Shown here one piece after another: positions 40,296-51,316 of a stretch of DNA of 64,000 nt (position 1 is the stretch's first letter; the number at the start of each line of letters is the position of its first letter). The stretch is from Gemmatimonas sp. (GTDB lineage: Bacteria > Gemmatimonadota > Gemmatimonadetes > Gemmatimonadales > Gemmatimonadaceae), in contig OZ257156.1 in assembly GCA_965279375.1 (NCBI GenBank), forward strand, positions 2,752,001 to 2,816,000, written 5' to 3'. The notes beneath the pieces were generated by a model. The model was not told the DNA's origin and did not search any database. It worked only from the letters and a program-made list of their open reading frames with translations. The translations under genes and the position numbers were made by a program.

Positions 40296-41462
40296 TCAGG
40301 GCTTTCGCGAGCGCGCCGGCGGTTCGAACAGTCGCTTCTCCGGCGCCTCGTTGACCCGCCGAGGCTCGGGCGGTGGTGTCGCGCCTTTCGCCGCCATCGG
40401 CGTCAGCCACGACGACAACCACCAGCGATACTTCTCGTCCTGATGCAACGCCAGAAAGCGTGGACCCGAGCCGGACATCGCCGAGGCGGTGAACGGCAGC
40501 ATCGCGCTCTGGATATACTCGCCGCGCTCGTTGTAGTAGTCGAGTATGCGCCCCTGTCGCTCGGATTCTAGGCCAAGCAACACCACATAGCCGCCATCCA
40601 CGACGGCAGCGTCCACGATGTAGGGCTGCTGTAGGCGTGTGCTGTCCGGCGCACCGCTGTTGCCATTGCCGTCGATCGCGACCGGTGCCGACGTTCCCGG
40701 CGGTCTGATCGATGACAGCCTCGGCGTGATGCCCACCCCCTCCTCGGTCCACGAGCGTACAACCAGCACCTCGCGATCGACGATGAGCAGGCACCGCCGC
40801 GAATCACCGTTGCCGAAGCGCAGACGCGTCTCCGGCGTGCCAACGATTCGATGCCGGCCGATCAGCGAATCTTCCTTCGCGATCGCGGTCAGCGTGAACG
40901 CCTCAAGCGAGCGACGCGCGCCCAGCTCGCGCACATGCAGCAGCGTCGCGGGTGATACCGTGCATAGACGACCGCTGCCGCCGCGCAGCATTGGCAAGTC
41001 GCGACGGAACATGAACCCACCGATCGTCTCTCGGATCAACTTGCTGCTGGCACTGTCGATGACGTCGTACTGCCCTTCGTCCGTGATACGCGACAGCTCT
41101 GTCGCGGCAACGATGTCACGCGGCACCTGCGCGTTGAGCACCGAATCGACCCGCACCGGTCGCGCTGCAAGCAGCATGCCTTTCCCGCGCAGCTCGAAGA
41201 GTGAAATGCGCTTGGGGTAATCCTGCAACAGAGCGACGGTGGCGCTGCCGGCGCGGAACACACGCGGGACCATCGTGCTGTCCGTGTGTTCCGTGATGTC
41301 TGTCCGCCATTCCTCGCGCTTGGCTGGATAGATCGTGCGTGCCTTGAGCGCGGCCTGCAGCGCAGGCGGCGCATCATTGGTGGCATTGACGGTGCCATCA
41401 CACGCAAGTACGGCGGCACTGAAGACCAGCGCCGCCGTCAGACGCACCACTACGCCTTGCAC
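40296..41462 (-). CDS. Hypothetical lipoprotein, possible beta-propeller
   Basis: Lipobox VLAC; C-terminal RILDYYNERGEYIQSAMLP blade-like motif. Confidence 0.65.
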   Translation of the reverse strand: MQGVVVRLTAALVFSAAVLACDGTVNATNDAPPALQAALKARTIYPAKREEWRTDITEHTDSTMVPRVFRAGSATVALLQDYPKRISLFELRGKGMLLAARPVRVDSVLNAQVPRDIVAATELSRITDEGQYDVIDSASSKLIRETIGGFMFRRDLPMLRGGSGRLCTVSPATLLHVRELGARRSLEAFTLTAIAKEDSLIGRHRIVGTPETRLRFGNGDSRRCLLIVDREVLVVRSWTEEGVGITPRLSSIRPPGTSAPVAIDGNGNSGAPDSTRLQQPYIVDAAVVDGGYVVLLGLESERQGRILDYYNERGEYIQSAMLPFTASAMSGSGPRFLALHQDEKYRWWLSSWLTPMAAKGATPPPEPRRVNEAPEKRLFEPPARSRKP

Positions 41463-41680
41463 ACGTTCCAGCGTACGACCGTTTCATCGTTGCAGCGATA
41501 GGTGCAGAAGCCGCACGTATTGCCGCTGATGTTGGTGCAGGCGCCATAGCCCGGGACGCGGGCGAAGCGTGGGCACCCGCGAATCTGCGATTGAGATGAC
41601 GCTGGTGCGAACAACGCCACCGCCAACGCGGCGGTGAGTCGGACGCGAGGGCTGAGAAGCAATCCGCGCAGCTTTTGCAT
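41450..41680 (-). CDS. Small secreted cysteine-rich peptide (6 Cys)
   Basis: GAGGGA SD; signal peptide; mature region C-x11-C-x7-C-x2-C-x3-C-x10-C. Confidence 0.7.
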   Translation of the reverse strand: MQKLRGLLLSPRVRLTAALAVALFAPASSQSQIRGCPRFARVPGYGACTNISGNTCGFCTYRCNDETVVRWNVCKA

Positions 41681-41711
41681 CGTTCAAATCCCTCGCGTCA
41701 GTTGACCAGAA

Positions 41712-43795
<2,084 letters not shown>

Positions 43796-43800
43796 CTTGC

Positions 43801-44130
43801 CTATCCGCGCAGAGTCCAACGCAGTTTGGTGACCGGGGGGCGGGAGGTGTCGCGGTTGAGCGACTTGAGCAGCTCCGGCTCCAACAGTGACAGCTCGTTC
43901 ATCCACGCATTCGTTCGTACCATCACCACCAGCGTGCCGTCCTGCTGCAGGTGCATCGGCTCCGTCACCGCCGCGATCTGTGGGCCCACCAGATGCGGCC
44001 ACTCCGGAATGACCGACGCCTGCGCCACGCGGTCGGTCAGCCCCGCCTTCTTGAGGACGGCCGCCAGTACGTCACTCACCGGTGCGAGCGGTCGCTTGCG
44101 ATCCTCGGGCCCGCCGTAGTCGCGCGTCAT
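43801..44130 (-). CDS. DUF721/DciA-family protein
   Basis: WPHLVGPQIAAVTEP, AWMNELS; recF-DUF721-gyrB synteny. Confidence 0.88.
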   Translation of the reverse strand: MTRDYGGPEDRKRPLAPVSDVLAAVLKKAGLTDRVAQASVIPEWPHLVGPQIAAVTEPMHLQQDGTLVVMVRTNAWMNELSLLEPELLKSLNRDTSRPPVTKLRWTLRG

Positions 44131-45269
44131 GCAGCTCCCGAGAGTGTGCCATCGTGCATGGTGCGACGCTCCAGACGGGTGAAGGCGCTGGGGATGTCTT
44201 CCAGACGCGGGACCGCGAGCAGCACCTGCCCGATGCCAGTCTCCTCCAGCAGCGCCAGTACGCGCGCCGCACGTCCCGTGTCGAGCTCCGCGAACGGATC
44301 ATCGAGCAGCAGCAACGGCGTCGCGCCGATGGCGTCACGTAGCGTGGCCAGCTCCAGCAACCGAAGCGCGATCGCCGCGCTCCGCTGCTGTCCCGCCGAA
44401 CCGAATGTGCGCAGCTCGCGACCGCCGAGCAGCAACTGCAACTCGTCGCGGTGCGGACCGACCAGCGTCAGGCCACGACGAAGCTCCTGCGCCCGCTGCT
44501 GCGCGAGCGCGTCAACCAACGCCTGCGCCTGCGCCGTGGGATTCTCCAGCGCGGCGCTGTCCAACGACGCAACCCCCGCCACGTAGCGCATGCTCACTGG
44601 CTGCCGTTCGCCGATGGCCACCGCGATGCGCGTGAACGTGTCGCGATGCGCTCGCACGAAGGCGTGTCGCAGTGCAGCCACCACGCCGCCGTGCTCCGCC
44701 AATGCCGGCTCCCACACACTGACGCGTGCATCGTGCGCGCCGCCCGCACGCGCGCCCTCACGCTGCGCGGTACGCAGGACCGCGTTCCGTCGCAGCAGCG
44801 CCGCGCGATACTGCTGCAACGCCGTGAGATAGGTCGGCGACGAGATCGCGAGCGCGACGTCGAGAAAACGACGGCGCTCGCCCGGTCCGCCAGCCACCAA
44901 CGACACGTCGGCCGGTGAGAAACAGACAGACGGCAACGCGCCCAAGGCCGCCGTCAGCCGCGGCTGCTCCACCCCGTCCAGCGTCGCTCGCTTTCGCTTG
45001 GAGGCGCGATCGTACCCAACGGCCACAGAGCCGAAAGCCGACGGTGCCTCCAGCTCGGCGCGAATGTGAAACACGCTCGCGCCGAAGCGCACGACGTCCG
45101 CGTCGCGCGCGCCGCGAAGTGAACGAAGCAGCGACAAGTACGCGACCGCTTCGAGCAGGTTGGTCTTCCCGTGCCCGTTCTCTCCAATAATCGCGATGCC
45201 GCTCGGCGGCAGGGCGATATCGAGGTGTGCGAAGTTGCGAAAATCACGCGCAACGAGGCGCGCCAGCAT
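44127..45269 (-). CDS. recF: DNA replication and repair protein RecF
   Basis: FRNF, GENGHGKTNLLEA, GGPGERRRFLD, GPHRDEL, GSAGQQR, LLLDDPFAELD. Confidence 0.95.
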   Translation of the reverse strand: MLARLVARDFRNFAHLDIALPPSGIAIIGENGHGKTNLLEAVAYLSLLRSLRGARDADVVRFGASVFHIRAELEAPSAFGSVAVGYDRASKRKRATLDGVEQPRLTAALGALPSVCFSPADVSLVAGGPGERRRFLDVALAISSPTYLTALQQYRAALLRRNAVLRTAQREGARAGGAHDARVSVWEPALAEHGGVVAALRHAFVRAHRDTFTRIAVAIGERQPVSMRYVAGVASLDSAALENPTAQAQALVDALAQQRAQELRRGLTLVGPHRDELQLLLGGRELRTFGSAGQQRSAAIALRLLELATLRDAIGATPLLLLDDPFAELDTGRAARVLALLEETGIGQVLLAVPRLEDIPSAFTRLERRTMHDGTLSGAA

Positions 45270-45310
45270 GATGAAGGGCTCGGCGAGACGGGGCGCGTCG
45301 GCGTGTGTGC

Positions 45311-46090
45311 TCAGTGTCCGGTGAAGGCGGGCGGGCGCTTCTCGAGAAACGCCGCCGTGCCCTCGCGCATGTCGCTCGTGCTCGACAGCATGCCGAACTG
45401 GTCGGACTCGATCGCGCACCCCTCCTCCACGGAGAGCGATGCGCCGCGATTGACCGCCTCGACGCACGCAGCGAGCGCCAGCGGTGCATTGGCCAGCATC
45501 GCGCGCAACAGCGCAGTCGTCGTGTCGAGCAGGGCATCGGCGGGCACCACCTGATCGACCAGTCCCAGACGGTAGGCCTCGGCGGCACCGATCATCTCGC
45601 CGCTCAGCAGCAGGCGCAGCGCGGCACCGCGACCGATCAGACGCGGCAGTCGCTGCGTGCCTCCATATCCAGGAAGCAAGCCGAGCTTGACCTCGGGCTG
45701 ACCGAGCTTGGCGGACTCACTGGCGATGCGCACGTGGCAGGCCATCGCGAGCTCGCAGCCGCCGCCGAGCGCAAAGCCATTGATCATCGCAATCGTCGGC
45801 TTGGGCGAGGTCTCGAAGCGTCGGAAGATTTCCTGCCCCGCGCGCGCACGTCGCATTCCTTCCAGCGGCGTCTGCGTGCCAAGCTCCGAGATGTCGGCGC
45901 CGGCGACGAAGGCGCGGCCCGCGCCCGTCAGAATGACGCCGCCTACATCGTCGCGCGACCGCGCTTCGTCGATAGCCACGCCAAGTTCGGCAATCGTCGC
46001 GTCGTTGAGCGCGTTGAGCTTGTCGGGACGGTTGACCGTGATGGTGGCGATGCGGTCAGCGACGGTGAAGGTCAGGAACTGGTAGGACAT
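45311..46090 (-). CDS. Enoyl-CoA hydratase/isomerase family protein
   Basis: NRPDKLNAL, AFVAGADI, GFALGGGCELA, GQPEVKLG, PGYGGTQRL. Confidence 0.93.
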   Translation of the reverse strand: MSYQFLTFTVADRIATITVNRPDKLNALNDATIAELGVAIDEARSRDDVGGVILTGAGRAFVAGADISELGTQTPLEGMRRARAGQEIFRRFETSPKPTIAMINGFALGGGCELAMACHVRIASESAKLGQPEVKLGLLPGYGGTQRLPRLIGRGAALRLLLSGEMIGAAEAYRLGLVDQVVPADALLDTTTALLRAMLANAPLALAACVEAVNRGASLSVEEGCAIESDQFGMLSSTSDMREGTAAFLEKRPPAFTGH

Positions 46091-46224
46091 GCAGCTTCCG
46101 ATCGTAGCAGGAGTATTCAGGACACGTCGGGGGGAGACGGACGTGGACGACGCAGCGGAAATGTAACGCCTCTCGCCCTCCGATCTCGCTGGGCCGAAAT
46201 GCGCGTGCGGCGCTGCGCATCGTG

Positions 46225-46253
46225 CTGACAGGTCCGCCGTCGCAGGTTACGTT
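46225..46253 (+). promoter_or_regulatory. Putative sigma70 promoter for a leaderless mtnA transcript
   Basis: CTGACA-N17-TACGTT, ending 6 nt before GTG 46260. Confidence 0.5.
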
Positions 46254-46259
46254 GGGCTC

Positions 46260-47267
46260 GTGCTTCCTACTCCTGCTGTCGCATGGTCGGCGGACCGCCG
46301 ATCGCTCCGCATTCTCGACCAGCGGCTCTTGCCCAGTGCCGAGGTCGTGCGCGAGCTCCAGTCGCTCGATGACATCATCGAGGCTATCCGGACGCTGGCC
46401 GTGCGCGGTGCGCCGGCAATCGGTGTCGCGGCCGCCATTGGCTTGGTGGTGGCGCTCCAAACGGACGCTGCAGGCGACGCTGCGAGATGGCGCGCCAACT
46501 TGCCCTCGTTCGCTGAGCGGTTGATCGCGTCGCGCCCAACCGCCGTGAATCTCGCCTGGGCGGTGCAGCGACTCTTGGCGCGAGCGCAGCAGGTGTCGGA
46601 CGACACGCTGGCGGACGCGCTGTTCGCCGAGGCCGACGCGATTCTGCAGCAGGACATCGCGATGTGTCAGTCGATCGGCGCGCACGGTGCCTCGCTGGTG
46701 CTCGATGGCGCGCGCTTGCTCACGCACTGCAACGCCGGCGCGCTCGCGACCGCGGGCATCGGCACCGCGCTTGCGCCGATCTACGCGGCGCACGCCCTCG
46801 GCCGCAAAGTGCATGTCTACGCGGACGAAACGCGTCCGCTGCGGCAAGGCGCGCGGCTCACCGCATGGGAGCTGCAGCGCGCAGGCATCGAGGTGACGGT
46901 GCTGCCCGATGGGGCGGCCGCGTCGCTGTTGCGCTCCGGTGCTGTGGATCTCGTCATCGTCGGCGCCGATCGCATCGCTGCCAACGGGGACGTGGCCAAC
47001 AAGGTGGGTACGTACGGCGTGGCGCTCGCAGCTCAGGCGCATGCGGTGCCATTCTATGTGGCGGCACCATGGAGCACCATCGACGTCGCCACTGCCAACG
47101 GCGAGGCCATCGAAATCGAGCACCGTGCCGCTGCGGAACTCGGCGAGCTGCCCGCAGGCGTTGGCGCGTGGAATCCCGCGTTCGATGTGACGCCGCGCGC
47201 GCTCGTGACCGCGTATCTCACCGATCGCGGCATCGTGCAGCCACCGTTCGAGCGCATGGCCTCGTGA
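46260..47267 (+). CDS. mtnA: S-methyl-5-thioribose-1-phosphate isomerase
   Basis: LDQRLLP, VRGAPAIG, RPTAVNL, THCNAGALAT, ETRPLRQG, GADRI, NKVGTY, NPAFDVTP. Confidence 0.95.
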   Translation: MLPTPAVAWSADRRSLRILDQRLLPSAEVVRELQSLDDIIEAIRTLAVRGAPAIGVAAAIGLVVALQTDAAGDAARWRANLPSFAERLIASRPTAVNLAWAVQRLLARAQQVSDDTLADALFAEADAILQQDIAMCQSIGAHGASLVLDGARLLTHCNAGALATAGIGTALAPIYAAHALGRKVHVYADETRPLRQGARLTAWELQRAGIEVTVLPDGAAASLLRSGAVDLVIVGADRIAANGDVANKVGTYGVALAAQAHAVPFYVAAPWSTIDVATANGEAIEIEHRAAAELGELPAGVGAWNPAFDVTPRALVTAYLTDRGIVQPPFERMAS

Positions 47268-48751
47268 GCGCGGTCCTTTCTATCGATCAGGGCACGACGG
47301 GCACCACATGTCTCGTGGTGAACGCGGCTGGAGTCGTTACGGGGCGCGCGTATCGCGAGATCACGCAGCACTACCCGTCGCCGGGTTGGGTGGAGCACGA
47401 CGCGCACGAAATTCTCGAGCAAACGCTCGCGGCCGCGCGTGAAGCCGTCTCCGATGCCATCGCTCGCGGCGGCGAGATGCCTGTCGCGATCGGGATCACG
47501 AATCAGCGCGAAACGATCGTGCTCTGGGAGCGCGCGACGGGTCAGGCCGTGCACCGCGCGATCGTGTGGCAGGATCGACGAACGGCGGAGCGTTGTGCGC
47601 AACTCGCCGCCGACGCTGACGAAATTGCTGCGCGCACCGGTCTCGTCACCGACCCGTATTTCAGCGCCACGAAGCTCGAGTGGTTGCTCGCGCTGCCGGG
47701 TATGCGTGACCGAGCGGAGCGTGGTGAGTTGGCCGCCGGTACGATCGACAGCTGGTTGATCTGGCATCTCACGGGTGGCGCGGTGCATGCCACCGATCAC
47801 ACCAACGCGTCGCGCACGATGCTGTACGACATAGACGCGCGTGGCTGGAGCGAGGCTCTGCTTGCGAAGTTTGGCGTCCCGCGCGCCTTGCTCCCCGAAG
47901 TGCGCCCCTCGAGTGGCGCGTTCGGCACGGCGCTCGCCTCGCACGTGGGACTCGCCTTGCCCATCTGTGGCGTAGCCGGCGATCAGCAGGCCGCGCTCTT
48001 CGGGCAAGGTGGTTGGACCGAAGGCGGCGGCAAGAACACGTATGGCACCGGCGCGTTTCTGCTGCTCAACACCGGCACGCAGCGACCGTCCGGTGGGCGG
48101 GGACTGCTCACCACGATCGCCTGCGATGCAACAGGCGCACCGGTGTACGCGCTGGAAGCATCGATCTTCATCGCCGGCGCCGCGATCCAGTGGCTGCGGG
48201 ATGGATTGGGATTACTCGGTCGCGCCGGCGAAAGCGAGGCGATGGCTCGGTCCCTCTCTAGCAACGACGGCGTCTACTTCGTGCCCGCCCTGGTGGGCCT
48301 CGGCGCACCCGACTGGGAGCCGCACGCACGTGGCACGATCGTCGGGCTCACGCGCGGCACCACACCCGCGCACTTCGCCCGCGCGGCGTTGGAAGCGATG
48401 GCCTACGCCACCTACGACGTGCTGGGCGACATGCGCGCAAACGGGGGCGTCCCTTTCGATCGCCTGCGCGTGGACGGCGGCGCGACGACGAACGACTGGT
48501 TGATGCAGTTCCAGGCGGACGTGTTGGGTGTGCCCGTTGAACGACCGGACAACGTGGAGACGACCGCTCTGGGCGCTGCCGGACTCGCTGGCATTGCGAC
48601 GGGCGTTTGGTCTGACGCCGATGCCTTCCTCGCCTCCCGTCGCTTCACGCGCTTCGTACCGGGCGAGGGAATGGAAGCGGCGCAGCACGCGCATCGTGGC
48701 TGGCGCCGAGCCGTTCGCGCAACGCTCGCTTGGGCGCGCGATAACTCATGA
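47264..48751 (+). CDS. glpK: Glycerol kinase
   Basis: SIDQGTTG, GITNQRET, WQDRRT, DPYFSATK, GDQQAALFG, KNTYGTG. The GTG start overlaps the mtnA stop (GTGA). Confidence 0.95.
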   Translation: MSAVLSIDQGTTGTTCLVVNAAGVVTGRAYREITQHYPSPGWVEHDAHEILEQTLAAAREAVSDAIARGGEMPVAIGITNQRETIVLWERATGQAVHRAIVWQDRRTAERCAQLAADADEIAARTGLVTDPYFSATKLEWLLALPGMRDRAERGELAAGTIDSWLIWHLTGGAVHATDHTNASRTMLYDIDARGWSEALLAKFGVPRALLPEVRPSSGAFGTALASHVGLALPICGVAGDQQAALFGQGGWTEGGGKNTYGTGAFLLLNTGTQRPSGGRGLLTTIACDATGAPVYALEASIFIAGAAIQWLRDGLGLLGRAGESEAMARSLSSNDGVYFVPALVGLGAPDWEPHARGTIVGLTRGTTPAHFARAALEAMAYATYDVLGDMRANGGVPFDRLRVDGGATTNDWLMQFQADVLGVPVERPDNVETTALGAAGLAGIATGVWSDADAFLASRRFTRFVPGEGMEAAQHAHRGWRRAVRATLAWARDNS

Positions 48752-50772
48752 TCCTTGTAGGTGAACTGTCGCTCTGGGTAGCGCTGCTCATGGCTGCCTG
48801 GGCGACCACAGTGTCGTTTGCCGGTGGCCTACAACCGCGCGGGGATCTGATCCGGAGCGGTGAGCGTGCCCTGCTCGCCACGTTCGCGTTTGTCACGCTC
48901 GCGACGGTAGGTCTCTGGAGCGCGCTCTTCGCGCACGACTTCTCACTCACGTACGTCGCGTCGCACACCAGCCTCAACGTGCCGCGCGTCTACCAGTTCG
49001 CCGCGCTGTGGGCAGGGCAGGAGGGAACGCTGCTGTGCTCGGCGTTGCTGCTGTCAGCGTACAGCGCTGTCGCCGTCATCGCGAATCGACAGCGCGACCG
49101 GGCGATGATGCCGTGGGTCAACGGAACGCTCGCTGCGGTGTGCCTGCTGCTGCTTGGCGTCATCTGCTTTGTCGCGAATCCATACCAGCCGCTTGGACTG
49201 GCATTGCCCGACGGGAGTGGCCTGCATCCGCAATTGCAGACCGCCGCGATGGTGCTGCAACCACCGCTGCTCGCACTTGGTCTGGCCGCTGCGGTGGTCC
49301 CGTTTGCGCTGGTGTTCGGCGGAGTTCTCGCACGTCGCGCCGACGGGGAATGGCTTGACGCAGTCCGGCGCTGGATGCTCTGGTCGTGGATCTTCGTCTC
49401 CGCCGGACTGCTGTTGGGGATATGGTGGGCGCAGATGGAACCCGCCTGGGGCGGACTCTGGACGTGGGATGTCGTCGAGAATGCTTCGCTGTTGCCGTGG
49501 TTGACGAGCACCGTCGCGCTGCACACGCTCATCCTCCACGAAAAGCGGGGCCTGTATCGCCGGTGGACCGTGGTGCTGGTCATGCTGACACTGGCGTTTG
49601 CGCTGCTCGCCATGTTCCTCTCGCGCAGTGCGATGGTCAGTGCCGGCCCCGACGCGTCAGCTGCGACATCATCGCAGTCGCCGGTGCGATCGATGTTGCC
49701 TTCTACTATGGAATCGACGCTTGCGGCGTTGCTCGGGTTTGTAGCGCTCACCGTTGTGTGCACCGTCGCGCTGCTGCGTGCACGGCGCGAGGAGTTGCGC
49801 CCCGTCGTGCTCCTGGAAAGTGCGATGAGCCGAGAGGGCGCAATGCTCTTCGGGAACGTCGGAATGATGGCGATGTGCTGGGCGACCCTGTGCGGCACGC
49901 TCTTCCCGCTCGTCTCTGGCGCGACCGCGGCGCAAAGGTCGGCGATCGACGCTCCGCTCTTCAACGGCGTCAACGGCGCGCTGGGACTCGTTTTGCTGGC
50001 GCTGCTGGGTATCGGTCCCGTGCTGGGATGGAGGCGCGTTTCGCGCGATCAGCTGCTGCGTGCGCTTCGCTGGCCGGTGGCATTGGGCGTGCTCGTCGGT
50101 GTGGCCCTCCTGGCGCTTGGCATGCGGAACGTGTTCGCACTCGTGGCGTTTGCGCTCGCGGGCATCGCTGCGGGTGGAATCGGGCAGGAGATCGCAGTTG
50201 GCGTCGGTGCGCGCCGGCGTCTGTTTGGCGAGTCGCCGCTCGCCGCATGTGCGCAGCTTCTGCTGCAACAGCGCAGACGCTACGGTGGCTACGTTGCGCA
50301 CGCGGGCATCGTCGTGCTCAGCTGCGCGCTTGCTGCTCAACTCTTCGCGCGCGACATCACCGCTACGGTCAAGACTGGCGACACGATCTCCGCAACGGAC
50401 CCATACGGTCGCGCGTGGTCATTCTCCAGCTTGGGCGTCTCGCGCTTCGAGGAATTGAATCGGCGCGTGCTCGCGGTGAGCTTCACGGCAGTGCGCGACG
50501 GCAAGAAGATGGGCGTTCTGTCGAGTGAGTCGCGTCAGTACATCGACAGCGAAGGCGAGCCGACTTACGAACCCACGACCGAAGTCGGTTTGATTCGCTC
50601 ACAGGCGCAGGATGTCTCGCTCGTCTTCACTGGCGCACTCGATGACGAGTCCACCGTGGTCAGCATCCGATTCAATCCGCTCGTGTGGTGTCTGTGGCTG
50701 GGAGGCATCCTGCTGACTCTGGGAGGCGCGATCGCGATGTGGCCTTCCGCGCAGCGGGAGCAGCGCGCATGA
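48748..50772 (+). CDS. ccmF: CcmF/NrfE-family cytochrome c heme lyase homologue with degenerate motifs
   Basis: DFSLTYVA, WAGQEG, WGGLWTWDVVENASLLPWL, SRE, NPLVWCLWLGG; HPP replaced by QPP and no SVHAF motif. Confidence 0.8.
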   Translation: MILVGELSLWVALLMAAWATTVSFAGGLQPRGDLIRSGERALLATFAFVTLATVGLWSALFAHDFSLTYVASHTSLNVPRVYQFAALWAGQEGTLLCSALLLSAYSAVAVIANRQRDRAMMPWVNGTLAAVCLLLLGVICFVANPYQPLGLALPDGSGLHPQLQTAAMVLQPPLLALGLAAAVVPFALVFGGVLARRADGEWLDAVRRWMLWSWIFVSAGLLLGIWWAQMEPAWGGLWTWDVVENASLLPWLTSTVALHTLILHEKRGLYRRWTVVLVMLTLAFALLAMFLSRSAMVSAGPDASAATSSQSPVRSMLPSTMESTLAALLGFVALTVVCTVALLRARREELRPVVLLESAMSREGAMLFGNVGMMAMCWATLCGTLFPLVSGATAAQRSAIDAPLFNGVNGALGLVLLALLGIGPVLGWRRVSRDQLLRALRWPVALGVLVGVALLALGMRNVFALVAFALAGIAAGGIGQEIAVGVGARRRLFGESPLAACAQLLLQQRRRYGGYVAHAGIVVLSCALAAQLFARDITATVKTGDTISATDPYGRAWSFSSLGVSRFEELNRRVLAVSFTAVRDGKKMGVLSSESRQYIDSEGEPTYEPTTEVGLIRSQAQDVSLVFTGALDDESTVVSIRFNPLVWCLWLGGILLTLGGAIAMWPSAQREQRA

Positions 50773-51284
50773 TCGCGGCGCTGCCTGAGGGATCGACGCC
50801 GCTGGCGATCGGGACGCTGCTGGCACTGGCCGCGCTGTCTCTGGTGCTCTGGCCGCTGCTCGGCGACGATACCAGCGCGGGTAAGGCGATAGCTTCACCA
50901 AACCATGCGCGGCTGCGGCAGAAGGCTGCTCGCGATGCAGCCGAGCTGCATGAGATCGAATTCGACCGGGAGACGGGAAAGTTGTCTGAAAGCGACTACG
51001 CCGAGACCAAGCTGCGTCTCACACAGGGCGCGCACGGTGCCGCTGCTTCTCTGGGAACATCCGCCGGCGCGGATGACAACGACCCAGTGGAAGCGGCCAT
51101 CCGCCGCGCACGCGCGCGGCAGAAGTCGTGCGTGACCTGCGGCCCACGCACCGAGCCGGATGCCACCTATTGCTCCAACTGCGGCCGCTATCTGGCCGAC
51201 ACGTGCGGCAGTTGCCACGCGCCCGTGCGCGAGCCCGCGGCGGCCTACTGCTCCTCGTGCGGCGAATCGCTCTCCACGCTGTGA
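50769..51284 (+). CDS. Membrane-anchored CcmI-like N-terminus plus double zinc-ribbon protein
   Basis: TM helix, EIEFDRETGKLSESDY, four CxxC pairs; ATGA overlap with ccmF. Confidence 0.75.
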   Translation: MIAALPEGSTPLAIGTLLALAALSLVLWPLLGDDTSAGKAIASPNHARLRQKAARDAAELHEIEFDRETGKLSESDYAETKLRLTQGAHGAAASLGTSAGADDNDPVEAAIRRARARQKSCVTCGPRTEPDATYCSNCGRYLADTCGSCHAPVREPAAAYCSSCGESLSTL

Positions 51285-51316
51285 CGGAAATGCGGTGAGC
51301 GAGATGCAGCACCACG

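Noticed and set aside
46664..47263. 200-aa N-terminal extension of glpK
   Set aside because: It overlaps mtnA in another frame; GlpK homology starts at GTG 47264.
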